Shown piece by piece: positions 30,301 through 41,426 of a DNA stretch of 64,000 nt. Under the pieces are notes generated by a model, which saw only the letters and a list, made by a program, of their open reading frames with translations, was not told the DNA's origin and did no database searches. The first letter of the stretch is position 1; the number at the start of each line of letters is the position of its first letter. Made by a program: the position numbers and the translations under genes. The stretch is from a bacterium (lineage in GTDB: Bacteria > Bacillota > Clostridia > Oscillospirales > Ruminococcaceae), in contig SFVK01000004.1 in the NCBI GenBank assembly GCA_004561545.1, positions 105,093 through 169,092 of the forward strand, read 5' to 3'.

Positions 30301-31374
30301 ATGAAGATTTTATTGTTCGCCCTGCTGCTATATGCTGCGGGCCTGGTGCTGACGGGGGTCGGCAGCAGGCTGGCTTCGCGCTGCGCCACCTGGTGCTGCG
30401 CGCTGTGCGGGCTGCCCCTGTGGGTGGTCGGCGGAACGGTGGTTGCCATGTGCGCCGCGCTGCCCCAGCTGATGCTGGCTTTCCTGGCGGCGGGTCTGTC
30501 GGTGACGGCACTGGCCGTGGGCACCGCGCTGGCCGGCGCGGTGACGGACCTGGGGCTTGTGTTTGCGCTGTGCCTGCTGCGGCAGGATGTGGTGGTGGAC
30601 CGGGGGGAGTTCTGCCGCAAATGTGCGCTGCTGCTGGCCGCCTGCGGGGTTGTTGTCTTCTTTGTGCGGGACGGCACCCTGAGCTACACCGGCACCGGCC
30701 TGCTGATGGCGCTCTTTGTGATCTTTGTGCTGCAGAGCGTGGTGTACCAGTACCGCTTTGTCTTTGGGGAGGACCTCAAGCTGATGCACGCCCATGCGGG
30801 GGCGCCGTCCCCCGACAAGGCGGAAAGTTACAGCGCCCGGACCATGATGTTCCCCGCCATGAGCATAAAGAGCAGCCTGTGCAACCTGGGAGGCACCGTG
30901 GCGGGGATTGTGCTGCTCTGCGCCGGAGCGGGCGCGCTGCTGGCCAGCGCGGTGGCTCTGGCCAACCTGACAGGCACCATCCAGGCCATGTGGGCGGCCA
31001 CCCTGATCTCCTTTGGGCTGAGCCTGCCGCTGCTGGCGGAGGTGCTCCACCATCCCTTCGGGTCAGTCTGGAAGCGCTTTGCCGAGCGGTGCCGCATCTA
31101 TCCGCCCGCCGCGCTGCCCATGCAGATGCTCAACAGCGCCATCCTTAACCTGACGCTGGTGCTGCCCGTTTCCAGCCTGATGTACCGCCGCCGGCTCCCG
31201 GTGGGCGCTCAGTTCCGGCAGTACGATGTGCCGCTGTGCATTGCCATGGCGGTGGTGCTGCTGGTGCCGCCGCTGCTCAAAAAGCGACTGTACCGCTGGC
31301 AGGGAGCAGTCTGCCTGGGGCTGTATTTTCTCTATTTTGCCGCCGCGCTCTTTGCCCCGGTGGCCGGCGCATAA
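30301..31374 (+). CDS. degenerate Ca2+/cation antiporter (CaCA/YrbG-like) membrane protein
   Basis: Two hydrophobic repeats; alpha motifs read CAALPQ and GLSLPL instead of GTSLPE. Confidence 0.6.
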   Translation: MKILLFALLLYAAGLVLTGVGSRLASRCATWCCALCGLPLWVVGGTVVAMCAALPQLMLAFLAAGLSVTALAVGTALAGAVTDLGLVFALCLLRQDVVVDRGEFCRKCALLLAACGVVVFFVRDGTLSYTGTGLLMALFVIFVLQSVVYQYRFVFGEDLKLMHAHAGAPSPDKAESYSARTMMFPAMSIKSSLCNLGGTVAGIVLLCAGAGALLASAVALANLTGTIQAMWAATLISFGLSLPLLAEVLHHPFGSVWKRFAERCRIYPPAALPMQMLNSAILNLTLVLPVSSLMYRRRLPVGAQFRQYDVPLCIAMAVVLLVPPLLKKRLYRWQGAVCLGLYFLYFAAALFAPVAGA

Positions 31375-31429
31375 CCGATCAAAAATGCCCGGAACGGCAC
31401 ACAGCACCGTTCCGGGCATTTTGTTGATT

Positions 31430-32890
31430 TTATTTGCCCTCCCCTGCGGGCAGCGTGAAGGTGAAGCGGCACCATTTGCCTTCCTCGCTCTCGGCCCGGA
31501 TCTGGCCGCCCGAGAGGGTGATGAGCACCTTGCAGATGTGCAGGCCCAGCCCGCTGCCCCGGGTGTTGAGCCCGCGGGACCTGTCCTCCTTATAAAAGCG
31601 CTCAAAGACAAAGGGAAGCGCCTCAGGGGCGATGCCATCCCCCGTGTTCTCGATGGTCACACGGACCATGGCGTCCTCCTGATGAACGTCAAAGCGGATC
31701 TCGCCGCCCGCCGGTGTGAATTTGATGGCGTTGTCCACAATATTGTAGACCACCTGATGCACAAAATCCGGGTCGGCATAGACCAGCATTTTTCCGGGTT
31801 CCAACCCCTGAATATCGATCCTTCCGTCCTCGATGCGCTGCTCGTCGGAGAGCACCACATCGGTGATGGTCTCCCACACATTGTAAGGCCGGGGATGGCC
31901 TTTTACCTCGCCGGATTCCAGCTTGGTGATGTCCAGCATATTCTGCACCAGCCGCGCCAGACGACCCGTCTCCTGGGAGACAATGCCAAGGTAGTGGCGA
32001 TACTCGCTCTCCGGGATGGTGCCGTCCAGCATACCGTCGATAAAGCCTTTGATGCTGGTCATGGGCGTGCGCAGCTCATGGGCGATGTTGCCCATGAACT
32101 GTCCCCGGGAATTGTCGATGTTTTGCAGGCGGGCCGCCATATTGTTGAAGGTGGTGGCGAAATCCGCCAGTTCCTCGCAGCCGGTGACCGGCGCGCGGGC
32201 GGTGAAGTCGCCGCTGCCCAGCTGGCGGGCCGCCTGGCTGATCTGCTCGATGGGTTCGGTGATGCGCCGCGCCATCACCACGCAGAGTACGCTGCACACA
32301 ATGATGATGACCAGCGCGGAGATCAGGAACATATTGAGCATATCCCCCACATAGGCGCCCAGGGCGTCCATGGGCGTGGCGGCAAAAAGGTACCCGGCCG
32401 AACCGCCCACATCGATGCGGCGTCCTGCCGTATAGTACCGCCTGGGATAGATGCCGCCCAAGGTGCCCTTCTCAAAGATATCCCTGCCGGAATCCATCTC
32501 GGCCAGCAGATCGGCGGGAACCTTCACGTCCCCAAAATCCTCCGCCCCGGTGTGAAGCAGCACATTGCCCCCGGCATCCGCCACAAATACCACCGCGCCG
32601 GAGGAGGTGTTGAACAGTTCAAATCCGCTGCGGGCGTTTTCCATCAGCGCCTCATCGTTCAGCGGCATCGTCACAATGGAGCCCTGGGCGGCAAAACGCT
32701 GGGTCAGCGCCGTGGCGCCGTCCAGCACCGCAGTGAGGGCCGACTGACGCTCCCGCACAAAGTAAGCGGTGGACATGGCGGTCTGAACGCCGCACATCAT
32801 GGCCAGGCCAAAGATCAGCACCACCGCGATGGTGGTAAAGAATTCACTGCTGATGGTTTTGCGGCGGGCTTTTTTCCCCGCGCGGCTCAT
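31430..32890 (-). CDS. HAMP-domain sensor histidine kinase
   Basis: Two TMs, HELRTP, NAIKF, GSGLGL. Confidence 0.95.
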   Translation of the reverse strand: MSRAGKKARRKTISSEFFTTIAVVLIFGLAMMCGVQTAMSTAYFVRERQSALTAVLDGATALTQRFAAQGSIVTMPLNDEALMENARSGFELFNTSSGAVVFVADAGGNVLLHTGAEDFGDVKVPADLLAEMDSGRDIFEKGTLGGIYPRRYYTAGRRIDVGGSAGYLFAATPMDALGAYVGDMLNMFLISALVIIIVCSVLCVVMARRITEPIEQISQAARQLGSGDFTARAPVTGCEELADFATTFNNMAARLQNIDNSRGQFMGNIAHELRTPMTSIKGFIDGMLDGTIPESEYRHYLGIVSQETGRLARLVQNMLDITKLESGEVKGHPRPYNVWETITDVVLSDEQRIEDGRIDIQGLEPGKMLVYADPDFVHQVVYNIVDNAIKFTPAGGEIRFDVHQEDAMVRVTIENTGDGIAPEALPFVFERFYKEDRSRGLNTRGSGLGLHICKVLITLSGGQIRAESEEGKWCRFTFTLPAGEGK

Positions 32891-33576
32891 TCTTTGACCT
32901 CGAACTTATAGCCCACGCCCCAGACCGTTTTGAGGTTCCACTGATCGGAAGCGCCTTCCAGCTTTTCCCGCAGGCGCTTGACATGTACATCAATGGTGCG
33001 GGAGTCGCCGTAATACTCAAAGCCCCACACCTCGTCCAGCAGCTGGTCGCGGGTATAGACGCGGTTGGGGTGGCCCGCCAGGCAGGCCAGCAGCTCCAGT
33101 TCCTTGGGCGGCGCATCCACCACCTTGCCCTTGACCTTGAGCTCATAGCGGTTCATATCCAGATGGAGGTTGTCAAAGTCGTAAACGCCCTTGTTGTCCT
33201 CCTCCTTGCCGCCGCAGCGCCGCAGCACCGCCTTGATGCGGGCGGTGACTTCCTTTGCGTCAAACGGCTTCACAATATAGTCGTCGGCCCCCAGCTCCAG
33301 GCCCAGGACCTTGTCATAGGTTTCGCCCTTGGCGGTGAGCATGATAATGGGGGTCTGGTTGTTCTGACGGATCTTGCGGCAGACTTCCCACCCATCCATG
33401 CCGGGCATCATCACGTCCAGCAGGACCATGTCGGGGTGAAGCTTGTCGAATTCCGTCAGCGCAGCATTGCCGTCGTAGGCCAGCGTGACGGCAAACCCCT
33501 CCTTGACCAGATAGAGCCGCAACAGTTCGCAGATGTTTTTATCGTCATCCACAACGAGAATTTTCTCGTTCGCCAT
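32887..33576 (-). CDS. OmpR/PhoB-family response regulator
   Basis: VDDD, LDVMMP, GADDY..KPF, wHTH ending TVWGVGYKF. Confidence 0.96.
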   Translation of the reverse strand: MANEKILVVDDDKNICELLRLYLVKEGFAVTLAYDGNAALTEFDKLHPDMVLLDVMMPGMDGWEVCRKIRQNNQTPIIMLTAKGETYDKVLGLELGADDYIVKPFDAKEVTARIKAVLRRCGGKEEDNKGVYDFDNLHLDMNRYELKVKGKVVDAPPKELELLACLAGHPNRVYTRDQLLDEVWGFEYYGDSRTIDVHVKRLREKLEGASDQWNLKTVWGVGYKFEVKE

Positions 33577-33788
33577 GATGATTGCCTCCTTTTATATTCC
33601 GTACGGTAATATTATAGAGTGTAAATGTGGAAAAATAAAGAAGAAACCGTGGCTTTTTTTCGCAAGAGGGAAAATTCCGCCTGCCTGCCGGCCGATTTGC
33701 CGCCCGTGCAGACGAAATTTCTTGCATCTTGGCTCCCGGGCGGCTATAATAGAATGCAGCATCGTGTGATTGATAAAGGAGCTTTGCC

Positions 33789-34919
33789 ATGAAATTAGGT
33801 ATCGTCGGATTGCCCAACGTGGGCAAGTCCACTTTGTTTAATGCGCTGACCAGCACCCAGAATGCGCAGGCCGCCAACTATCCCTTCTGCACCATCGAGC
33901 CAAACTCCGGCATTGTGCCGGTGCCGGACCCGCGGCTGGACAAGCTGGCCGAGGTGTGGAACACCGACAAAAAGACCCCCGCCATTGTGGAGTTTGTGGA
34001 TATCGCGGGCCTGGTCAAGGGTGCCAGCCAGGGCGCGGGGCTGGGCAACAAGTTTTTGGGGCACATCCGGGAATGCGACGCCATCGTACATGTGGTGCGC
34101 TGCTTTGACGACGACAACATCATCCATGTGGTGGAGGACGTGAACAAGCCCGAGAGCGTGGACCCCATCCGGGACATTGAGGCCATCGACCTGGAGCTGA
34201 TTCTGGCCGACCTGGAAGTGGTAAACAACCGTCTGGGCCGCCAGCAGAAGGCCGCCAAAACCGGCAACAAAGCTGCTGCGGCCGAGGCCGCGTGGCTGGC
34301 CGAGCTGGCCGCCCATCTGGAAGCGGGCAAGCCCGCCCGCACCTTCGCCTTTGACGAGGGGGACGACGCGCAGGCTGCCACCCGCCGGGAACTGGGACTA
34401 CTCTCCGCCAAGCCGGTGATCTATGCCTGCAATGTGGGCGAGGACGACCTGCTGGGCGGGCTGGACAGCAACCCCTATTACCCTCTGGTGGCCGCCCGCG
34501 CCAAAGAGGAGCACGCCCAGGCCATTCCCATCTGCGCCAAGACCGAGGAGGACATCGCGGACTCCACCCCCGAGGAAAAGCTGGCGTTCCTCCACGAGAT
34601 GGGCATTGAATCCACGGGACTGGACAATCTGATTAAGGCCAGCTATGAGCTGCTGGGGCTCATCAGCTTTCTGACCGACGGCAAGAAGGAATGCCGCGCC
34701 TGGACCATCAAAAAGGGCACCAAAGCACCCCAGGCCGCAGGCAAGATCCACTCGGATTTTGAGCGCGGCTTCATCCGTGCCCAGGTCATCGGCTATGATG
34801 TGCTGGCGCAGAACAATTTTGATTATGCCGCCGTCAAGGCCAAGGGCCTGCAGCGCACCGAGGGCAAGGAATATGTGGTGCAGGACGGCGATGTGATCGA
34901 GTTCCTGTTCAATGTCTGA
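33789..34919 (+). CDS. ychF: ribosome-binding ATPase YchF
   Basis: GLPNVGKST, YPFCTIEPN, DIAGLV.GA, GKIHSDF. Confidence 0.97.
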   Translation: MKLGIVGLPNVGKSTLFNALTSTQNAQAANYPFCTIEPNSGIVPVPDPRLDKLAEVWNTDKKTPAIVEFVDIAGLVKGASQGAGLGNKFLGHIRECDAIVHVVRCFDDDNIIHVVEDVNKPESVDPIRDIEAIDLELILADLEVVNNRLGRQQKAAKTGNKAAAAEAAWLAELAAHLEAGKPARTFAFDEGDDAQAATRRELGLLSAKPVIYACNVGEDDLLGGLDSNPYYPLVAARAKEEHAQAIPICAKTEEDIADSTPEEKLAFLHEMGIESTGLDNLIKASYELLGLISFLTDGKKECRAWTIKKGTKAPQAAGKIHSDFERGFIRAQVIGYDVLAQNNFDYAAVKAKGLQRTEGKEYVVQDGDVIEFLFNV

Positions 34920-34937
34920 TCCAGAAGGAGGACCTGC

Positions 34938-35621
34938 ATGATTTTTGGCATTATGGGCGCGATGCCCGATGAAGTGGACCAGTTGTGTGCAAAGCTGGAC
35001 GGTGTGACAAAGGAAACCTACGCCGGGGTGGAATACCACTGCGGCACACTGCATGGCAGGCAGGTGGTGGTCTGCTGCGCGGGCATGGGCAAGGCCAATG
35101 CGGCCGCCACCACTCAGGTACTCATCACCCGATATGGCGCCGAGCGCATCATCTTCTCGGGCATTGCGGGGAATATGACCTCCAAAATCGGCATCGGCGA
35201 TGTCTGCGTGGGCCGGACGGTGGTCTACCATGACGCCCAGGACGACATGATCTGCCAGAGCGCGCCCTTCCTGAAGGAGTATTCCGGGGACCCCGCGCTG
35301 GTGGACGCCGCGCTGGCGGCCTGTGAGGCCTGCGGTGTGAAGGCCATTGCCGGCAAGATTGCCACCGGTGACCTGTTTGTGGGCGACGGCAAAACCAAGC
35401 GTGCCATCGAAGAAAAGTGTCACCCCGACTGTGTGGAGATGGAGGGTGCCGCCGTGAGCCAGATTGCCGCGCGCTGCGGCGTGCCCTGCGTGATTCTGCG
35501 CGCCATGAGCGACAACGCCGACGAGAGCGGCTACGAGGTGCTGGTGGTTAAAAAGTTCAGCATCACCGAGTATGTGCGCACCGCCACCGCCATTGTGGCC
35601 AAAATGATCGAAAGCCTGTAA
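34938..35621 (+). CDS. mtnN: MTA/SAH nucleosidase
   Basis: IMGAM, GMGKANAA, EMEGAA, RAMSD. Confidence 0.93.
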   Translation: MIFGIMGAMPDEVDQLCAKLDGVTKETYAGVEYHCGTLHGRQVVVCCAGMGKANAAATTQVLITRYGAERIIFSGIAGNMTSKIGIGDVCVGRTVVYHDAQDDMICQSAPFLKEYSGDPALVDAALAACEACGVKAIAGKIATGDLFVGDGKTKRAIEEKCHPDCVEMEGAAVSQIAARCGVPCVILRAMSDNADESGYEVLVVKKFSITEYVRTATAIVAKMIESL

Positions 35622-35902
35622 CCGAGTCACAGGGTTCCGCCGTTCCCGGTCCGCCGGGGGCGGCGGAATTTTTATGCAAAAGTGGACTCCGGCGGCTCGA
35701 TGGGCCGCGACAATCTTTATGGTTTTTTAACAGAAAAGTCAAGACCCTTTTACCCTCTTAACCGGTTCTGACGTATGATAAAGTATTGAGAAGGCGGCGG
35801 GAACCGCGTCGGTTTGCCGCCTGCGGCAGAAAAGAATGCTCCCCGGCGGGGGCGGACGGTCCGCGCAGCGGGCAAAAACGGTGGAAGGAAAGGGTATTTG
35901 CC

Positions 35903-36550
35903 ATGAAATCCATTCTCCTGATTGGTCTGGGACGATTTGGCAGACATATTGCAATCCAACTCAATCAGCTGGGGCACCAGGTTATGGCTGTGGACAGCCG
36001 GGAGGACCGCGTCAAGGCGGTCATGCCCTATGTGACCAACTCTCTGGTGGGCAGCGGCACCAACCCCGCTTTTCTGGTATCGCTGGGCGTGCGCAACTAC
36101 GACGTCTGCATCGTGGCCATCGGCAACGATTTCCAGAGTTCGCTGGAAACTACCTCGCTTCTCAAGGAGCTGGGCGCCCGAATGGTGGTGGCCCGGGCGG
36201 CGCGGGACGTACAGGCCCGGTTCCTTCTGCGCAACGGCGCCGACGAGGTGGTCTACCCCGAAAAGCAGATGGCAAAATGGACCGCCATCCGTTACAGTTC
36301 CAACCACTTGCTGGACTACATTGAACTGGACAGCAGCCACGCCATGTATGAGGTTTCGGTGCCGGCCCACTGGGTCGGGCACACCATCCGGGGGCTGGAT
36401 GTGCGCAACCGCTGCCACATTACCATCATCGGACTCAAGAAGGACGGAAAGCTGGAGCTTTCCCCCTCCCCTGACCTCCGCCTGGAGGCGGGGGAAACCT
36501 TGCTGGTGCTGGGCCTCAACCGCGACGTCCAGAAATGCTTTGACCTTTAG
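35903..36550 (+). CDS. trkA: TrkA/KtrA potassium-uptake RCK subunit
   Basis: IGLGRFG, GADEVVYPE, RCK_C tail. Confidence 0.9.
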   Translation: MKSILLIGLGRFGRHIAIQLNQLGHQVMAVDSREDRVKAVMPYVTNSLVGSGTNPAFLVSLGVRNYDVCIVAIGNDFQSSLETTSLLKELGARMVVARAARDVQARFLLRNGADEVVYPEKQMAKWTAIRYSSNHLLDYIELDSSHAMYEVSVPAHWVGHTIRGLDVRNRCHITIIGLKKDGKLELSPSPDLRLEAGETLLVLGLNRDVQKCFDL

Positions 36551-37030
36551 AGCGTTCCTCTTCCATACACCACCCCGGAACCTTCGCCGGGCCGAACGGC
36601 CCGCCAGGGGTTCCGGGGCTTTTTCTTTCTGATTAAAAATTCCGCCTGCCCTCACAGCAGTTTAGGGGCCAGCGCGTGGCTGGAGCGGTCCCTGGCGGCC
36701 GTGGCCATCTCCCGGTGATTCCGCGTATCGCACAGCACCAGCACTTCCGCCAACATAGAGCACCACAACCCTGACCGGATGCTGTCGGGGAAATTTTGCC
36801 GCATGATCGGATCATTCAAGGATAAACAGAACGCGTCACCCTTGGCAAGCTGGCGCTTTTCCCAGAAACATCCGGCAGAATTTGTGCAAATGGTAAAATA
36901 TTTTTTCATCGATCGGGGGCAACATTCCAAAAAACCAGCCAAAAGGCTGTGCAGTTTACCGGTTTTCTTTGGCGGGTAAATGCAGTATACTGAATACAAT
37001 CCCATGATTTTGAAAAAGGATGTGCCTTCT

Positions 37031-37915
37031 ATGCAATACACCATTGAAAATGAATTTCTTCGCCTGACCGCCGACACCCACGGCGCCGAGGCGGTGAGCG
37101 TGGTCAACAAGGCCACCGGTGCCGAGATGCTGTGGTGCGGGGACCCCGCCGTATGGGGCCGCCATGCCCCCATTCTGTTCCCCTACACCGGCAAGCTGAC
37201 CGGCGGCAAAATGATTGCCAAAGGGCAGGAGTATGCCGGGGGCCAGCATGGGTTTGCCCGCGACATGGAGCACACGCTGGTGGGAAAAACCGACGATACC
37301 ATGACCTTTGCGCTGACCGCCGGCGAGGAGACCCGCAAGCTGTGGCCCTACGACTTTGTGCTGCGCTCCACCTTTGCGCTGGACGGAAAAACAGTGCGCC
37401 ACACCCTGGCAGTGGAAAATCCCTCCGAGCCGGAACTGCGGTTCGGCATCGGGTACCATCCGGCGTTTGCCATTCCCTTTGACGATGCCCACACCGCCGC
37501 CGACTACGAGTTCCGCTTTGACGCGCTGGAAAGTCCCCTGTGCGTGAGCGCTCTGCCCAATGGCCTGCTCAGCGGCACCGACTACCACTATCTGGCCCGC
37601 AACGTCAAGTCCATCCCGGTGACCGACGATCTGTTTGCCAACGACAGCCACTGCATGGTCAATCTGCGCAGCAAGACGCTGGCCATTGTGGAAAAAGACA
37701 CCGGCCGCGCCGTGCGGTGTAACATTGAGGACTACCCCTATGTGCTGATCTGGTCCGCCAAAAAGACGCCCTGCCGTTTTGTCTGCATTGAACCGTGGCA
37801 GAGCCTGCCCGGCGAGGAGAACGGCTCCCTGGTGTGGGAGGACCGTGCCTGCGCCGCCATCCTGACCCCCGGCGAAAGCTGGTCCACCACGCTGTGCACC
37901 ACCTTTGACCGGTAA
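37031..37915 (+). CDS. aldose 1-epimerase family (LacX-like)
   Basis: W.GD...W.RHAPILFP, QHGFARD, GYHPAF, FVCIEPW. Confidence 0.9.
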   Translation: MQYTIENEFLRLTADTHGAEAVSVVNKATGAEMLWCGDPAVWGRHAPILFPYTGKLTGGKMIAKGQEYAGGQHGFARDMEHTLVGKTDDTMTFALTAGEETRKLWPYDFVLRSTFALDGKTVRHTLAVENPSEPELRFGIGYHPAFAIPFDDAHTAADYEFRFDALESPLCVSALPNGLLSGTDYHYLARNVKSIPVTDDLFANDSHCMVNLRSKTLAIVEKDTGRAVRCNIEDYPYVLIWSAKKTPCRFVCIEPWQSLPGEENGSLVWEDRACAAILTPGESWSTTLCTTFDR

Positions 37916-37993
37916 TTTTTGACCAAACGCATAAAATCAGCCCCCGGAACCTGTGCAGAATGCCGGTTCCGGGGGCTGTTGTCTGTGGAATCC

Positions 37994-38980
37994 TTACGCG
38001 CCCAGCGTGGCGGCCATGACGGCCTTAATGGTGTGCATCCGGTTTTCGGCCTCCTGGAACACGATGGACTGCGGACCGTTAAAGACCTCATCGGTCACTT
38101 CCATGGCGTCGCGGCCGAACTTCTCCCCCATCTCCTTACCAATGGCGGTTTTGTGGTCATGGAAGGCGGGCAGACAGTGCATAAAAACGGCATCGGGCCC
38201 GGCCTTTGCCATGAGGGCCGCGTTGACCTGGTAGGGGCTCAGCGCCTCGATGCGCTCGGCCCAGACTTCCACTGGCTCGCCCATGCTGACCCACACATCG
38301 GTGTAGATCACATCAGCGCCTGCGGCGGCGCCGGTGTCCTCGCTGAGGGTGATCGACGCGCCGGTCTCCGCGGCGATGGCCTTGCAGCGGGCCACCAGCT
38401 CCTGTGCGGGCCAGTAGGCTTTGGGGGCACAGGCCACAAAGTCAAGGCCCATCTTGGCGCATCCGATCATGAGGGAATTGCCCATATTATAGCGGGCATC
38501 GCCCATGTAAACGAACTTGAGCCCCGCCAGCGGGCCGAAATGCTCCCGGATGGTGAGGAAGTCCGCCAGAATCTGGGTGGGATGATATTCGTTGGTCAGG
38601 CCATTCCAGACCGGAACGCTGGAATACCGGGCCAGTTCCTCCACAATCTCCTGGCCGTAGCCGCGGTACTCGATGCCGTCAAACATGCCGCAGAGCACCT
38701 GGGCGGTGTCGGCAATGGACTCCTTCTTGCCGATCTGGCTGCCCGTAGGGTCCAGGTAGGTGGTGCCCATGCCCAGATCATGGGCCGCCACCTCAAAGGA
38801 GCAGCGGGTACGGGTGGAGGTCTTTTCAAAAATCAGCGCAACGTTTTTGCCGCGCAGCGTATCGTGGGCAATGCCGGCCTTCTTCTTGGCCTTGAGCTCC
38901 GCAGCCAGGTCCAGCAAACCGGCAATCTCCTGCGGGGTATAATCCAGCAGGGTCAGAAAATCTCTCCCTTTCAAATCCAT
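37994..38980 (-). CDS. argF: ornithine carbamoyltransferase
   Basis: STRTR, HPTQ, DVWVSMG, HCLP. Confidence 0.96.
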   Translation of the reverse strand: MDLKGRDFLTLLDYTPQEIAGLLDLAAELKAKKKAGIAHDTLRGKNVALIFEKTSTRTRCSFEVAAHDLGMGTTYLDPTGSQIGKKESIADTAQVLCGMFDGIEYRGYGQEIVEELARYSSVPVWNGLTNEYHPTQILADFLTIREHFGPLAGLKFVYMGDARYNMGNSLMIGCAKMGLDFVACAPKAYWPAQELVARCKAIAAETGASITLSEDTGAAAGADVIYTDVWVSMGEPVEVWAERIEALSPYQVNAALMAKAGPDAVFMHCLPAFHDHKTAIGKEMGEKFGRDAMEVTDEVFNGPQSIVFQEAENRMHTIKAVMAATLGA

Positions 38981-39013
38981 GGACGGGTCCTCCCTCTTGC
39001 TATGTCTTTTGCT

Positions 39014-39087
39014 ATTATGCCACAACCGCAGCCGGATTGCAAGCCTTTTTTGAATATCTATTCATCATTTTGGAATATATATTCAGT
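39014..39087 (-). promoter_or_regulatory. argF promoter with tandem ArgR boxes
   Basis: TTGCAA-17bp-CATAAT (39042-39014); TGAATATCTATTCA (39051) and GGAATATATATTCA (39072) are 21 bp apart. Confidence 0.8.
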
Positions 39088-39173
39088 TTGTGCAGGGCAC
39101 AAAACCAGCCCGCCCGCCTCGGAGCAAGATTTCCGGGGCGGGCGGGCTGGTTGTTATGAGAAGGGGTTTGGAA

Positions 39174-41426
39174 TTATTTCTTGATCTGGATCAGCGCATC
39201 GTTGATCTGCTGCTTCATCTCGGCAGTAACGCTCTTGCCGGCCATCTTCATCAGGTCGGACAGGCGCATCATGCCGTAGAAGCCGGCCATCGGGTTGTCA
39301 TCGCTCTTGTCGGACTTCTCGGCATCGTTCATCATGCTGAAGGAGGTGCCGCCCAGGATCTGGGCCATGGCACCCTGGAGGACCTTGGCGGTCTCGGGGT
39401 TGGCCATCAGAACGCTGACCTTATCCTTGATGGAATAGTAGCCGGCGGGGAACTTCATGGCCTTGCGGGCGGCCACGGCGGCGGGATCGTCAAACCAGTT
39501 GGCGCCTTGGTTGCCTTCCGGCACATCGTAGGCGTAGTTGTGCTCGGCCACAGGGCGCACCGTGATGGTGTTGCCCTCCACATCGCCGCTCCTGGCGGTG
39601 ATGACGTTGTCGCCGTCCCGGAGGGCCACATTCTCGAACAGAACCTCATGGTCCACGGCGGCCTTGGTGGCAACGGCCTCGCCGTTCACATACAGCGTCA
39701 CTTCATCGCAGTTGGTGTAGACATCGATGAAGCGCTCGTCGGGGGCGCGGTCCACAAACCGCTCGCCGCAGACATGAACCATCGGCTTGGTGGTCCAGTA
39801 GGCCTGATAGATGTAGAAGGCATCCTTCTTTGTCTTGCGGTCATAGGTCACAAGGCCCTTGTTGTTGCGGCCCTGCACACCGCCCTCATCGCGGGCGTCG
39901 GCGGCAAAGTCAAACATATTCCACACATGGGTCGCCCACAGGTAGGGACGGGTGGCAAAGGTCTTGAGCATCTCGTGATGATAGTGGCTGGCGTACTCCT
40001 CGGTGTAGTCGTGGTTGTCGGGGTAAGCGGTGTGCCACTTGAGGATGTTCTCGGCGCCGTACTCCGAGACGCCCAGGCAGCGGTCGGGGTTGAGGGCATG
40101 GAACTTGTCCAGCCAGGGACCGTTGTCCTCCACATCGCCGACATACCAGCCAAAGTAATGGTTGTAGCTCTGCAGGTCGGTGATATAGGTGTGTTCGGAA
40201 TCCATGGGAACCATAGAAACCTGGGCCATGGTGGTCAGGCGGCTGGGGTCCAGCTTTTTGGCCAGAGCGTTGAGCTCGGTCAGGTTCTGATACAGCGCCT
40301 CGCTCTCGCCGGCGATGGTGATCTCGTTGGAGATGCCCCAGAAGAAGATGGAGGGATGGTTGTAGTTCTGGGCGATCAGCTCGGTCATCTGGCTGATGGT
40401 ATTGTCGTGGGCTTCCTGGGTGGGAATGAACTGGCTGATGAAGGGGATCTCGGCCCACAGCACAAAGCCGGTGTGGTCACACAGGCTGTAGAAATACTGG
40501 TCATGCTGGTAGTGGGCCAGACGGATGGTGTTGGCGCCCACTTCCTTGATGAGGGCGATGTCCTCCTCATGCTCTTTGGGCGTGATGGCCCAGCCCATAT
40601 CCTGGCGGTCCTGGTGGCGGGAAACGCCGTGCAGGGGGTAGGACTTGCCGTTGAGGAAGAAGCCCTTGTCGGGGTCCACATGGAAGGAACGGTAGCCGTA
40701 GGTCTCGGTGACGGCATCCAGCACCGCGCCGTCCTTCTCGATGGTGGCCTCGCAGGTGTAGCAGTAGGGGTCCTCCATGCTGTTCCACAGATGGGGCTCC
40801 TTGACCTTGATCTTGATGACGGTATGCGCGGCGGCGTCAGCGGCACTCTGCGCCACCACATTGCCCTCGGCATCCTTCAGGGCCACCTTGACGGTGCAGC
40901 CCTCGGCGCCCACGGGGAACAGATCCACGCGGGTCATGCCGTTGGCGCGCGGGGTGACAAAGACGCCGGAGGTGCCGTCCTTGAGCAGGTCAAAGTGGGC
41001 GGGGGTAACCTCGATGAAGTTGACGGCACGGTACAGACCGCCGTAGAAGGTAAAGTCGGCGTTCTGGGGGTAGATATCTGAGACCGCGTTGGTGACTTCC
41101 ACCGTGAGGATGTTGTCTGCGGGCTTCATGGCGGGGGTCAGGTCAAAGCGGAAGGTGGAAAAACCGCCCTTGTGGCAGCCCATCTCCCGGCCATTGCAGT
41201 AGACGGTGGCCACATGGTTGGCGCCCTGAAACTCAATATACTGCTTTTTGCCCTCGGTGGGGTTGGGCAGCTCCAGATGATAGCAGCCCAGGCCGCGCCA
41301 ATAGGGACCATCGGCCATACCGTCCTGGCCGTCGATGTTATTCCAGGTATGGGGCAGGGCCACCTTGGTAAAGGCGTCGCCGTCCTTGGCAAACAGTGCT
41401 TCGGTCAAACGAACAGAATTGCGCAT
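39174..41426 (-). CDS. glycoside hydrolase family 2 (beta-galactosidase/glucuronidase-like)
   Basis: GGLYR, GVSRHQD, NTIRLAHY, WGISNE, SEYGAE. Confidence 0.92.
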   Translation of the reverse strand: MRNSVRLTEALFAKDGDAFTKVALPHTWNNIDGQDGMADGPYWRGLGCYHLELPNPTEGKKQYIEFQGANHVATVYCNGREMGCHKGGFSTFRFDLTPAMKPADNILTVEVTNAVSDIYPQNADFTFYGGLYRAVNFIEVTPAHFDLLKDGTSGVFVTPRANGMTRVDLFPVGAEGCTVKVALKDAEGNVVAQSAADAAAHTVIKIKVKEPHLWNSMEDPYCYTCEATIEKDGAVLDAVTETYGYRSFHVDPDKGFFLNGKSYPLHGVSRHQDRQDMGWAITPKEHEEDIALIKEVGANTIRLAHYQHDQYFYSLCDHTGFVLWAEIPFISQFIPTQEAHDNTISQMTELIAQNYNHPSIFFWGISNEITIAGESEALYQNLTELNALAKKLDPSRLTTMAQVSMVPMDSEHTYITDLQSYNHYFGWYVGDVEDNGPWLDKFHALNPDRCLGVSEYGAENILKWHTAYPDNHDYTEEYASHYHHEMLKTFATRPYLWATHVWNMFDFAADARDEGGVQGRNNKGLVTYDRKTKKDAFYIYQAYWTTKPMVHVCGERFVDRAPDERFIDVYTNCDEVTLYVNGEAVATKAAVDHEVLFENVALRDGDNVITARSGDVEGNTITVRPVAEHNYAYDVPEGNQGANWFDDPAAVAARKAMKFPAGYYSIKDKVSVLMANPETAKVLQGAMAQILGGTSFSMMNDAEKSDKSDDNPMAGFYGMMRLSDLMKMAGKSVTAEMKQQINDALIQIKK

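Noticed and set aside
36652..36804. Short minus-strand ORF between trkA and the aldose epimerase
   Set aside because: Some codon bias, but no convincing RBS or motif; cannot be supported.
1502..41081. Many long antisense/overlapping ORFs in the track (e.g. 1502-2887, 11912-14356, 16345-18231, 39090-41081)
   Set aside because: Shadow frames of GC3-rich genes, with no motifs or RBS.
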